64,000 nt of DNA from Acidobacteriota bacterium. Its GTDB lineage: Bacteria > Acidobacteriota > UBA890 > WLXD01. The translations under genes and the position numbers were made by a program. The notes under the pieces are model-generated. The model did no database searches. It saw only the letters and a list, made by a program, of their open reading frames with translations, and had not been told where the DNA came from. The DNA is taken from the NCBI GenBank assembly GCA_963666055.2, contig CAXWPH010000015.1, positions 256,001 to 320,000 of the forward strand, written 5' to 3'. Below are positions 40,207 to 49,858 of this stretch, piece after piece; position 1 is the stretch's first letter; each line of letters begins with the position of its first letter.

Positions 40207-41550
40207 GTGAGTATTCCGAACGTGTCCCCGGAGCATGCCGGGCATCTGCTCAAGGACTGGAAAGAGGAGCTCAAGATCAGCAGCGCCGAGCTTGCCGAGG
40301 AGTCTGGTCTCGCCGAAGATACCGTGCGCGAGCTACTCGCAGGTGGCCGCGTCGGCACGTTTGATGAGTTGATCCAACTTGCCGGTGTTCTGAACCGCAG
40401 TTTGCGAGACCTGCTGCCCTACGAAGACGATCTCGTCGATGGCGTCAAAGTCCTGCGTCACGACAGTGCTCGTATGTTCCAGCAGGATCGCGGCGGCGGT
40501 TTGCAGTACACCTACTGGGCGCGCGCAACCTCGAGCGCGATTCCGGACTTCGTGCCGGTGGAGCTTGTCCTGCACATCAGCGACCCTGATCGGGTGGTGC
40601 CGAACCTGGGACACTTCTTCCACCAGTACACCGAGATCTTGGACGGTGGCCCGGTGACCGTGTTCTGGAAAGATACCGACGGTGAGACACACTCGTACAC
40701 CGGAACCGAGGGCGATACGTGGCTGATTCCTGGGTTCACCCCCCATTGGTTCACCTCACCCGACCCCGACAACCTCGGCAAGATCATCGCCTGCACGATC
40801 GGCCAGCACCTGACCGGCGATACACGGCAGGAGATCATCCTGTCTGGCGCCGAGAGATTCGCGGGGCGTTTCGAGAAGGGGTTGCAGGCTGGGTTGCTCG
40901 CTTCCCTGCGCCAGAACCGGCGCCTTTCACTGGCTGCGGCTGTGGGCCTGGCCGGCATCGAGACGGAACGCTTGACCGCGCTGGAGGCGGGGGAGGCGGA
41001 GCTCTCGGACGATGAGGTCGGCCGGCTGGCCCGTGCCTACAAAGTCAGCGAGCGCGACCTGATGCCGCAACACGATGACCTCGAGAACAAGCTGACGATC
41101 CTGCCTAAGGCCGAGGCGCATCACGAGCGCTTCGATTACGGGGAGCGCTACCAGCGTGTAGCGACGTCGCGGTTGCCCAACATCGTCGCCAGTGAGCTAC
41201 GGCTCAACGGCCAGGCCGATCCCGACTTCGTCGACTTCCCTGGACACACCTACCTCCAGGTATTGCGCGGACCCGACGTGGTCGTCGAGTGGACCGGTGA
41301 GGGTGGAGCGAATTCCGAAACCGCCGGCACCGGCGACACGTTCCTGATCTCGGCGTTCACGCCCTATCGTATCCGCCCGTCGGAGCCGGGGAGTCAGGGC
41401 CGCGTCCTGGAGCTCAGCATGGCCCAGCATCTTCTCAACGGCGATGCGTTGCGCGAGGCGGCGCTGGTCGGGTTCGACAACCTCGAGCGCCTGGTGAAGC
41501 CGATCTCGTACTACGCGCAGCGAGCTCCCGAGAGTGTCGAGGTCGAGTGA
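40207..41550 (+). CDS. Methylphosphonate synthase / 2-hydroxyethylphosphonate dioxygenase-like tandem HTH-cupin enzyme
   Basis: 447 aa with a duplicated HTH+cupin; NLGHFFHQY..GDTWLIPGFTPH (His-x3-Gln..His); second cupin lacks the distal His; phosphonate gene context. Confidence 0.8.
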   Translation: MSIPNVSPEHAGHLLKDWKEELKISSAELAEESGLAEDTVRELLAGGRVGTFDELIQLAGVLNRSLRDLLPYEDDLVDGVKVLRHDSARMFQQDRGGGLQYTYWARATSSAIPDFVPVELVLHISDPDRVVPNLGHFFHQYTEILDGGPVTVFWKDTDGETHSYTGTEGDTWLIPGFTPHWFTSPDPDNLGKIIACTIGQHLTGDTRQEIILSGAERFAGRFEKGLQAGLLASLRQNRRLSLAAAVGLAGIETERLTALEAGEAELSDDEVGRLARAYKVSERDLMPQHDDLENKLTILPKAEAHHERFDYGERYQRVATSRLPNIVASELRLNGQADPDFVDFPGHTYLQVLRGPDVVVEWTGEGGANSETAGTGDTFLISAFTPYRIRPSEPGSQGRVLELSMAQHLLNGDALREAALVGFDNLERLVKPISYYAQRAPESVEVE

Positions 41551-42311
41551 CGGGCATCATCGTCGGTGCCGGCCGAGGGGCCCGGCTCAAGCCGGCGACT
41601 AGCGAAGCCCCCAAGTGCCTCATGGATGGCCTGGGTGGACGTCGCTTGCTCGACTGGATACTTCAGGCGCTTCGCCAAGGTGGTGTCGACGACATCGTCT
41701 TCGTCGGTGGCTATCGGATGAAGATGGTACAGGCGCTGTATCCGGAGCTGCGCTACTACCGTAACGATCGCTGGCAAGACAACAACATTCTGGCCTCGCT
41801 GATGTACGCTGCGTCGGAGTTCGACACCGACGTGATGGTTTCCTATTCGGACATCGTCTATCGCGATTCGATCGTGCAACGTTTGCGCGAAACGTCGGGC
41901 GACGTGGCGTTGGCGGTGGATATCAACTGGCGCCAGTCGTACCTGGGGCGCGTTGGACACGCCGAGTCGGAGGCCGAGAACGTCACTCTCGAGGGCGGGC
42001 AGGTTCGGCGCGTCGGGAAGCACCTACACGCCGACGCTGCCGACGCTGAGTTCATCGGCCTGGCCTACTTCTGCGCCGCAGCGGCGCGCACCATGCGCGA
42101 TCGATACCAGGAGCTCGAGGCTGGCCAGCCCGGGCCCTTTCAGCAGGCCGAGATGCTCGAGAACGCCTACCTAACCGACATGCTGCAGGAGCTCATCGAC
42201 ATGGGGCTCGACGTCAGGATGGCTGCGGTAGACGGCCCCTGGTTCGAGCTTGATACTCCGCATGACTTGGAACGAGCCCGACAATCCCTCACGCCGCTCA
42301 AGCGCGAATGA
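41547..42311 (+). CDS. Phosphocholine/phosphonate cytidylyltransferase family (LicC/PntC-like)
   Basis: GAGRGARL...T...PKCL, NNILASL, SYSDI, AEFIGL, YLTDMLQELI, WFELDT..DL. Confidence 0.85.
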   Translation: MTGIIVGAGRGARLKPATSEAPKCLMDGLGGRRLLDWILQALRQGGVDDIVFVGGYRMKMVQALYPELRYYRNDRWQDNNILASLMYAASEFDTDVMVSYSDIVYRDSIVQRLRETSGDVALAVDINWRQSYLGRVGHAESEAENVTLEGGQVRRVGKHLHADAADAEFIGLAYFCAAAARTMRDRYQELEAGQPGPFQQAEMLENAYLTDMLQELIDMGLDVRMAAVDGPWFELDTPHDLERARQSLTPLKRE

Positions 42312-43987
42312 TCGGCGGGCTGAGCAGCGCGGCGATCACCGATATCGCCAGGATCACCAACCAAAGAGCACTCGATCGAGCCGAGAGAATCGCCGGGTAG
42401 ACACCCTCCAAGTCGATCCCTCTGGAGCCCTCGCGTTCGTCCTCTCCGGCCCAGTGAACCAGGAACAGGGCGAACCAGAAGACCACCTGGTACTCCACGA
42501 AGATCAGGAACGGGCCCCAGAGCAGAGCGAAGAACGACATCAGCGACGCCGTACCGGCCCCCAGGTACACGCCCAGCTTCATCGGGTGCAACGCACGCCC
42601 GAGCGGCCTGAGCAGAATTCGTCCGATCGCCAAACCCAGCACAAGCAACACTGCTACGCCGACAGTTCCCATCTCGGCGAACACCTGGAGATAGAAGTTG
42701 TGCGGCATGTCGAACCAGCGGTTCTCTGCTCCCGACAGCTGGTAGTAGTTGAGCAACTCCCAGGTGAACGATCCAAATCCGATTCCGGCGATCGGGTAGT
42801 CACGACCCATACGCAGAGCTTCCCGGGCCAGCACGTCGCGCCCCCCCCGCGAGGATCTCCTCCATCTGAGGAACCGTCACCAGCGCACGCACATAGCGCA
42901 TCAGCTCTGTCCCAGGCATCAACCACGTCGCGATGCCCAGCGTAATGACCACGCCGATCACGGTCACGGCGGCGAAGCGGAGCCAGAGATCGCGATCCGT
43001 CTCACCCCGCAGCGCACGCCCGGCAACCCAGCCCGCTCCCACCATGAACGGCGACAGCAGCATCGAGCCTTGCATGAGGCGCGACTCCAGGGGAATCGTA
43101 ATCAACGCCGTGAGCACCAACGCCGCGATCGAGACGGCTCGCAACAACCGGTAGCGCGAGAACACCGCCACAGCCAAGGCCAGCGGTATCAGCAACGCGA
43201 TCGTGCCGCCGAACACTGTAGCGTCCGTCATCAGCCCGGAAGGCCAACCGTTAGCCAGTGGAAGTCCGTGCTCGGGGGCATACGTCTGCACCAACGCCAA
43301 CGCCAGGCTCAGGCAGGCACCGGCAAGGAGGGCCGCGATTGCCTCGCCGATCGACCAACGGTCCGTCTCGGAGTCGACGTCGGCGTCGCCGTGGCCCGAC
43401 CTACCGACTCGCCTGGCCGCCAACGCGACGAATAGCAGCGGGCCCAGCAGCAGGTTCATGCTCGCGAACACGAACGACATGACGGTGGCGTACGAGGTGT
43501 GGACCCGGGTGAACTGTGCCAACGGCCCTGCAGCCAACAGTCGGGCGATCGTCGGGCTGTAGCGAGCGCCGGCAATGAGCCCCGAGACGACGGCCAGCGA
43601 TGCGAACACCAGCATCGCCCACAACAGCAGGCGGTCTAAGCCTGCCGCAAACTGCCAGATTCGGCGACGCTCGCGAAGCATGAGGCCTGCCAACGCAGCG
43701 TAGATGAGATACAGGTGCAGGATGGCGTCGTAGCCGAGCAGCGTCTTCAAGGGAATGGGCAAGACCGGTGCGAGAAAGAGCACCCCGAGCATGGCGATCC
43801 GCGGCCGGTAGTAGCCCAGCAGCGCGGACGCCGCGACAGCGCCGGCGGTCACAACCTGCAGCCAGCCGGCGCCTCGCGTCACGTAGAACGGGTAGCCGAG
43901 CCCAGTGAGTGTGAACCCGAGCGCCAGGAAAAGGATCCCGCCCAGCGGGAGATTGCGTTGCCGCAACAGCTCGTGGTCGAGGTTCAT
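42298..43987 (-). pseudogene. O-antigen ligase/Wzy_C-like membrane protein, frameshifted at the homopolymer near 42841-42848
   Basis: Multi-TM N-terminal part; downstream frame carries YPIAGIGFGSF..DMPHNFYLQVFAEMG. Confidence 0.75.
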
Positions 43988-44622
43988 GAAGGTCGCATCG
44001 CCGGTGCGCGGCTGACGTGGGGGTTTCCGCGTACGGAGAATCGCAGAGGCTCGTGTTGCCACTGTTGCGCGTAGCCGACACCGACGCGTGGCCCGATGGC
44101 AATCGCCGCCGCTCGCAGCAGACGATCGCGCCGTCGCTCGATGCACAGCGGCCCGGGCATGGTCAGGTCGACCCCGTCGAGCCGGCGGGTGATGCCGAGC
44201 GCTTGGCACAGCTTGGCAGGTCCGGAGCAAAGGTCGGTATCGTCACGGGCCCGCTGGCGGCGCGCGCGCATTTCGTTCATGCCCTCTTCCGGCTGCAGCG
44301 CTCGAATCAGCACGGCGATGGGCTCGCCAACTCGCCCGGCCACCGCGTTCACGCAATGGTGCATGCCGTAGACGAAGTAGACGTAGGCGTGGCCGCCATC
44401 GCCCCACATGCTCTCGTTGCGGGCGCTCCGCCGCCCCCCGTAGGTGTGCGCCGCCTTGTCCTGAACCCCGAGATAAGCCTCGGTCTCGACGATCACCCCC
44501 GACGTTCGTACCCCTCCGACGGCGCTTACGAGCCGCTGTCCGAGCAGGGCGCGCGCCAGCGTCGCCGCGTCGCGCCGAAAGAAGCGTTGTGACAGGTGCG
44601 CCGCTAAAGATCGTGTCGTCAT
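43984..44622 (-). CDS. DNA-3-methyladenine glycosylase (MPG/AAG type)
   Basis: IVETEAY, YVYFVYGMH.C.N, AVLIRA, GPAKLCQALGI, PRVGV. Confidence 0.93.
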   Translation of the reverse strand: MTTRSLAAHLSQRFFRRDAATLARALLGQRLVSAVGGVRTSGVIVETEAYLGVQDKAAHTYGGRRSARNESMWGDGGHAYVYFVYGMHHCVNAVAGRVGEPIAVLIRALQPEEGMNEMRARRQRARDDTDLCSGPAKLCQALGITRRLDGVDLTMPGPLCIERRRDRLLRAAAIAIGPRVGVGYAQQWQHEPLRFSVRGNPHVSRAPAMRPS

Positions 44623-44631
44623 GGGCTCAGT

Positions 44632-44656
44632 CTAGCCGGCCGTGGTGGACGGCTAG
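44632..44656. repeat. Minimal CTAG repeat family copy
   Basis: CTAGCCGGCCGTGGTGGACGGCTAG overlapping the ggt stop. Confidence 0.55.
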
Positions 44657-46374
44657 TAACCTCTCGCGGTCCCCGCGCCACGACGGTCTGCGTGGCCGGC
44701 GAGATAGCCCTCTGGCGTGCGCACGATGCCGGCGGCCATCCCGATGGCGCTGCGTTCGCGGAGCTCGTAGCCCATTCTCCAAAGTTCGGTCTGCGTCTCG
44801 GCGGAGATGGCGAAGCGTTCGTGATAAATGACATCCGGGAGCCACTGGCTGTGGATGCGCTGGGCGTCGATGGCGTTCTGGATGTCCATGCCCCAGACGG
44901 TGACGTTCAGATAGATCTGCAACACTGTGTTGATGATCGTCGGGCCGCCCGGGCTCCCCATCGTCATGAAGAACTCGCCGTCTCGACGGATGATGGACGG
45001 GGTCATCGACGACAGCGGGCGTTTGCCGGGCTCGATGGCGTTGGCTTCCGCACCCAGCAATCCGTACTGGTTGGGAACGCCCGGCTTGGCGGAGAAGTTG
45101 TCCATCTGGTTGTTCCACAGGAACCCGGTGCCGGTGGCTACGGCGCCCATGCCGTAGCCGCTGTTGAGGGTCGTGGTGACGGCGGCGACGTTGCCCCACC
45201 GGTCGACGACGGTGTAGTGCGTCGTCTCTTCGGACTCCGCCTGCCCGTGCGCGACGCCGTCGCTGTCGCCGGCAAGGCCATCGGCCGGCAGCAGACGTCG
45301 GCGCCGTTCGATGTATCGGGACGAGGTCAAGCGTGCCACGGGGACGTCGAAGAAACTCGGGTCTCCTAGCCAGTAATTGCGGTCGGCGAACGCCAGCCGC
45401 TGCGCCTCGGTGATCATCGAGATCGCTTTCGAGGAGTGGTAGCCGGCCGCCTTCATCGTCGGCACGTGCAGCAGTCCGAGCATTTGCGCGATGGTCATGC
45501 CACCCGAGCTCGGCACTGGGTGGGTGATCCACTCGTAGTCGCCGTGCGTGAACAAGAGGGGCGCACGCCAAGCGGCGCTGTAGCTCTCGAGGTCTGCGTG
45601 GGTGATCAGCCCATCGTGAGCCTGCATGTCGGCGACGATGAGATCGGCGACGTGCCCCGAATAGAACCCGGCGCGGCCCTCTCGCGAGACCGTCTCCAGC
45701 GTGTTCGCCAAGTCGGACTGGACGAGCCCGGTACCCATTGGTGGCCCATCTCCATCCAACCCGAATGCGGCGACAGTTGCCGGAAACTGGCGCAGCTTGT
45801 CTGACCGCCGCAGGCTGCTGCTGAGCCGGTACGAAACCGGGAAGCCATCACGTGCCAGGGTGATAGCGGGGGCCAGCACTTGCTGGCGGCTCAAGTTGCC
45901 GTATTGCTCCACCAGCTTGAGCATGCCGTCGACGCTTCCAGGCACGCCGACGGCCTGGTGCGTGCGCGTGCTGAGCCCGTCGATCATCTCGCCGTCGGCG
46001 TCGAGATACATGTCGCGGGCGGCTGCCGACGGAGCCGCTTCGCGGAAGTCGAGCGCGAACGGCTCCGCGTCGGCCGGCAGGCCGACGAGGAAGCCACCGC
46101 CACCGATGTTGCCGGCACTGGGATAGGTCACCGCGAGCGCGAAATGCACCGCTGCCGTGGCGTCGAAGGCGTTGCCGCCCGCCTCGAGAATCGCTACCCC
46201 CACGTCGGTGGCGAAGGGCTCGGGCGAAGCCACCATTCCGTTGGCCGCGACGGTGGGGCCGGTTGGCAGCGCGGCCGGCGCCAACGCCACGCTTGCTGTC
46301 GTGATGACGAGCCCAAGCAGGGAGGCGTGAGCTATCACCTTGCAGCGATCAAATCGGAGCTTACGTGGGGTCAT
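44653..46374 (-). CDS. ggt: Gamma-glutamyltransferase
   Basis: GGNAFDA, AGNIGGGGF, DFRE.AP, ETTH, TTTLN, PGKRPLSSMTP, GSPGG; probable start ATG 46374. Confidence 0.93.
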   Translation of the reverse strand: MTPRKLRFDRCKVIAHASLLGLVITTASVALAPAALPTGPTVAANGMVASPEPFATDVGVAILEAGGNAFDATAAVHFALAVTYPSAGNIGGGGFLVGLPADAEPFALDFREAAPSAAARDMYLDADGEMIDGLSTRTHQAVGVPGSVDGMLKLVEQYGNLSRQQVLAPAITLARDGFPVSYRLSSSLRRSDKLRQFPATVAAFGLDGDGPPMGTGLVQSDLANTLETVSREGRAGFYSGHVADLIVADMQAHDGLITHADLESYSAAWRAPLLFTHGDYEWITHPVPSSGGMTIAQMLGLLHVPTMKAAGYHSSKAISMITEAQRLAFADRNYWLGDPSFFDVPVARLTSSRYIERRRRLLPADGLAGDSDGVAHGQAESEETTHYTVVDRWGNVAAVTTTLNSGYGMGAVATGTGFLWNNQMDNFSAKPGVPNQYGLLGAEANAIEPGKRPLSSMTPSIIRRDGEFFMTMGSPGGPTIINTVLQIYLNVTVWGMDIQNAIDAQRIHSQWLPDVIYHERFAISAETQTELWRMGYELRERSAIGMAAGIVRTPEGYLAGHADRRGAGTARGY

Positions 46375-46667
46375 TCGGGAGCCTCCATGGTCGGTAGGAT
46401 GCGACCCACATCGCCGAGTTGGCGGAAGAACCAGAACATCCCGAGCACCATGGCGATCAGCGCCACCACCATGGCGACCAGCGAGATCTTGTTCCAGCGC
46501 GACAGCTTGATCGGCCCGGGGTGCGGCGCGTGCTCGCGAGCCGCTTCGATGAGGCGATCGGCGCAAGGCGGGCACTCCTTGCAGTGGGCGATGATGCGGG
46601 CCTTCTTGCGATCGCCGAGCTCGTCCCGCCCGAAGTTGACCAGATCCGATTCCGACAGGTGCGTCAT
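46371..46667 (-). CDS. Small zf-HC2 (anti-sigma-like) membrane protein
   Basis: H-x3-C-x2-C (HCKECPPC) and a C-terminal TM helix. Confidence 0.6.
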   Translation of the reverse strand: MTHLSESDLVNFGRDELGDRKKARIIAHCKECPPCADRLIEAAREHAPHPGPIKLSRWNKISLVAMVVALIAMVLGMFWFFRQLGDVGRILPTMEAPE

Positions 46668-46724
46668 GCACCCCTTCATACCACTCGAGGCGCAACACCT
46701 CGACCGGATCTGTCGGCGAATTTT

Positions 46725-46739
46725 TTCTTGAAACAAGAA
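46725..46739. promoter_or_regulatory. Palindrome, probable PadR operator
   Basis: TTCTTG-AAA-CAAGAA just upstream of padR. Confidence 0.5.
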
Positions 46740-46762
46740 GAAAGATCGGCCGTACTCATGGC

Positions 46763-47089
46763 ATGAGCCGATCCACATCGTTGAACGAGATCGAGCAGTT
46801 CGTGCTGTTGTCGCTGGCGCGGCTGGGCGCCGATGCATACGGCGTCACCGTGCGCGAGGAGATAGAGGTACGGGCACGGCGGTCGGTATCGATGGCAGCG
46901 GTGTACGCGGCGCTCGATCGACTGCAGCGGCGCGGCTATGTGCAGGCCTGGCTGTCGGAGCCGATTCGTGAGCGCGGCGGACGGGCACGCAAGCACTTTC
47001 GCGTTCGCCCCGCCGGCGAACGCGCCCTGGCTGATGCTCACGAGGCCATGCAGCGCATGTGGGACGGCGTCGAGCTGGAATCGCGATGA
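46763..47089 (+). CDS. PadR-family transcriptional regulator
   Basis: AYGVTV..AVYAALDRL..ERGGRARK.F. Confidence 0.88.
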   Translation: MSRSTSLNEIEQFVLLSLARLGADAYGVTVREEIEVRARRSVSMAAVYAALDRLQRRGYVQAWLSEPIRERGGRARKHFRVRPAGERALADAHEAMQRMWDGVELESR

Positions 47090-49779
47090 GCGCCCAGCCG
47101 CCGCGGATTGCCAGTGCCTTGCTTCGCCGCATGCTGGCGCCGAAGCACCGACAGTTCATCCTCGATGACCTCTCCGAAGACTATCGGCGACGATTGCAAC
47201 GCGGCGATCTCCCCGCCGATGCCGCGGCATGGTACTGGCGCGAGCTCGTACGCTCCATCGGCCCGAGCCTTCGCCATCGTGCCGCTATCTCTCGGCAACA
47301 TCCCTCCAACCAGATCGACGCGAGCTCACCCATGGAAAGCACGTTTGCTGCCTTGATTCAGGCAACCCGCAGATTGGTGAAGGCGCCCGGTTTCAGCCTC
47401 GCTACCGTAGTTACGCTTGGGCTCGGGATCGGCGCCAACGCCGCCATCTTCAGCCTAGTGCACGGCGTGCTCATACGGCCGCTGCCCTATGGGGCTGCGG
47501 ATCGTCTCGTTGCTCTCGAACATTCCGCGCCCGGGCTCGACCTACCGGTGATCGGGCTCTCGTACGGTACCTACGTTCATTACATGGAGCACACGCGGAC
47601 GCTGGAGAACGCCGCCTTCATCGTGGAGACGTCGGCCAACCTGTCAGGCGAGGGCGAGCCGCAGCGCGTCAGCGTGGTAGAGACCATCCCGCCGCTGCTC
47701 GACACCCTCGGGATACGACCGCTGCTCGGACGCGACTTCACCGACGCCGACAACGCCACCTCCGAGCCCAACACGGTGATTCTCAGCCACGGCTTTTGGC
47801 AGCGTCGCTACGGCGGCGATCCCGGGATTATCGGGCGCACCTTGCGGATCAACAGCCGCCCCCGCGAGGTAATCGGCGTGCTGCCACGCGGAGTCGATTT
47901 TCCGGGCCCCGGCGTCGATCTGTACACCACCACCAACCCGAGCCCCGACGATATCCGCTTCGGCGGGCTCTTCCGATCCGGCGTCGGGCGCATGCGGCCA
48001 GGCGTAACCCCGGCGCAGGTGAAGGCCGAGCTCGACGGGCTCATTCCGGCGTTATCGGAGGTCTACGGCGTGCCGCCAGAAATGATCGAGAGCAGCGGCC
48101 TTGCGCTTCTCGTCGAGCCACTCAAGGACCACTTCCTGGGCGGCATCGGCCGGGCGCTTTGGGTGCTGCTCGGCAGCGTCGGGCTGCTGCTGATGATCGC
48201 CTGCGCCAACGTAGCCAACCTGTTCCTGGTGCGATCGGAGAGCCGTCGTCGCGAGGTGGCGGTGCGCCTGGCGCTGGGGGCGTCGCGGGTGCAGCTGGCC
48301 CGTTACTTCCTGTCCGAGGCGCTGCTGCTGGCCGGTGCCGGGTGCCTTCTCGGCCTGGCGATCGCCTACGCGGGGGTCGGTGCAGTGGTGGCGTCTGAGG
48401 CCGGCATCCCGCGCCTGCACGAGGTGCGTATTAGCGGCGAGGTGATCGCCTTCACCGCCTTGCTCGCCGGACTCGCTGGCGTGGCGCTGGGGTGTCTGCC
48501 GATGATCCGCTACGGGCGGCCCGACCTGGCATCGGCACTCAAGGACGACGCTCGGTCGTCCACGGCCTCGCGCCAGCAACATCGTGGCCGCAATTTTCTG
48601 GTCGCCGCGCAGGTTGCGCTGGCCCTCACGCTGCTGGTGGGATCAGCACTGATGGTGCAGAGCTTCTGGCGTCTGCGCGATGTCGACCTCGGCTTTCGCT
48701 CCAGAGGTGTTCTCACCGTCCAGATCGTTGCGCCGCCCAACGACTATGTTGCTTCCGACGACGTGGTGCGCTTGCTCGACAGCATCATCGAGCGAGTGGA
48801 AGCAATCCCCGGCGTGCAGCGGGCCGGCGCGATCAGCGCGCTGCCGTTGACTCCAGGGGTGCGCTTCGATCCGCTCTATGTCGAGGGCGGCGAGCTGGAT
48901 CCCAACGTGTTGCCGCCAGTCGTTACGTTCAAGCACGTCACTGCCGGTTACTTCGACGTGATGGGGATTCCGCTGCTCGAAGGCGCGCTGGTCGATCGCC
49001 ACAACTACGATGCCGCCGGTCGCTCGGTGATGGTCAACGCTGCACTGGCCGCTCAGATGTGGCCACAGGAATCGGCGCTGCAGAAACGAGCCGGGCAGGA
49101 TCTGTCGGGCGGACCGGTTTTCCACGCCGTAGCCGGCGTGGTGGGCAGCGTTCGCGACCGCGACATCGCCGATGATCCCACCCCGATCTTCTACTACCCG
49201 ATGCTCGTAGGAGCGATCGACGACGACACGTTCTCGTACACCTCCAGCCTGGTTGTGCGCACGGACGGTGATCCGCTGGCGTTCGCGGGCTCGATACGGG
49301 AGGTGGTCGCGGCGGTCGACGCCAACCTGCCGATTGCCAGCGTCCGTACGCTCGAGAACCTTGTCGCCAGCGCGTCGGTGCGTACCAGCTTCACCATGAC
49401 GCTGCTCATCATTGCGGCGGCGGTAGCGCTGTTTCTCGGCACCATCGGTCTTTACGGCGTGATCTCGTATACCGTCAGCCAGCGCTCGCGGGAGATCGGT
49501 CTGCGCATGGCGCTGGGGGCGCGCGCCGGCGACGTGAGGCAGATGATCTTGCGTGAAGGCGCCGTGGTGACGCTGGCGGGGGTGTTGATGGGGCTGCTTG
49601 CCGCTTTCGCGGTCACGCGGGCGCTCGACAGCCTGTTGTACGAGATCAACGCTGGCGATCCGGTGACCTTTGTTGCCATGGCGTTGTTGCTGCTGTGCGT
49701 GGCACTGGCGGCGACATACTTGCCGGCGCGCCGGGCTGCGGCGGTGCACCCGGCCATCGGGCTTCGATCGGGTCAGTAG
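47086..49779 (+). CDS. ADOP-family duplicated ABC permease
   Basis: LGLGIGANAAIFS, ACANVANLFL, QRSREIGLRMALGA, PARRAA. Confidence 0.92.
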   Translation: MSAQPPRIASALLRRMLAPKHRQFILDDLSEDYRRRLQRGDLPADAAAWYWRELVRSIGPSLRHRAAISRQHPSNQIDASSPMESTFAALIQATRRLVKAPGFSLATVVTLGLGIGANAAIFSLVHGVLIRPLPYGAADRLVALEHSAPGLDLPVIGLSYGTYVHYMEHTRTLENAAFIVETSANLSGEGEPQRVSVVETIPPLLDTLGIRPLLGRDFTDADNATSEPNTVILSHGFWQRRYGGDPGIIGRTLRINSRPREVIGVLPRGVDFPGPGVDLYTTTNPSPDDIRFGGLFRSGVGRMRPGVTPAQVKAELDGLIPALSEVYGVPPEMIESSGLALLVEPLKDHFLGGIGRALWVLLGSVGLLLMIACANVANLFLVRSESRRREVAVRLALGASRVQLARYFLSEALLLAGAGCLLGLAIAYAGVGAVVASEAGIPRLHEVRISGEVIAFTALLAGLAGVALGCLPMIRYGRPDLASALKDDARSSTASRQQHRGRNFLVAAQVALALTLLVGSALMVQSFWRLRDVDLGFRSRGVLTVQIVAPPNDYVASDDVVRLLDSIIERVEAIPGVQRAGAISALPLTPGVRFDPLYVEGGELDPNVLPPVVTFKHVTAGYFDVMGIPLLEGALVDRHNYDAAGRSVMVNAALAAQMWPQESALQKRAGQDLSGGPVFHAVAGVVGSVRDRDIADDPTPIFYYPMLVGAIDDDTFSYTSSLVVRTDGDPLAFAGSIREVVAAVDANLPIASVRTLENLVASASVRTSFTMTLLIIAAAVALFLGTIGLYGVISYTVSQRSREIGLRMALGARAGDVRQMILREGAVVTLAGVLMGLLAAFAVTRALDSLLYEINAGDPVTFVAMALLLLCVALAATYLPARRAAAVHPAIGLRSGQ

Positions 49780-49858
49780 AAGACACGGCTGCCTGTCGCG
49801 ACCGTTCGGGCACGGGGCAGCCCGACAGGCGAGCAGGCGGTTCCGTTACCATGGCCTA

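Noticed and set aside
40207-41550. Ordinary XRE-cupin transcriptional regulator
   Set aside because: The tandem duplication, His-x3-Gln..His triad and phosphonate context fit the HEPD/MPnS family better.
9385-44656. CRISPR array from the recurring ~35-bp repeat
   Set aside because: Copies are dispersed over kilobases, vary in length, have no regular spacers, and no cas genes are present.
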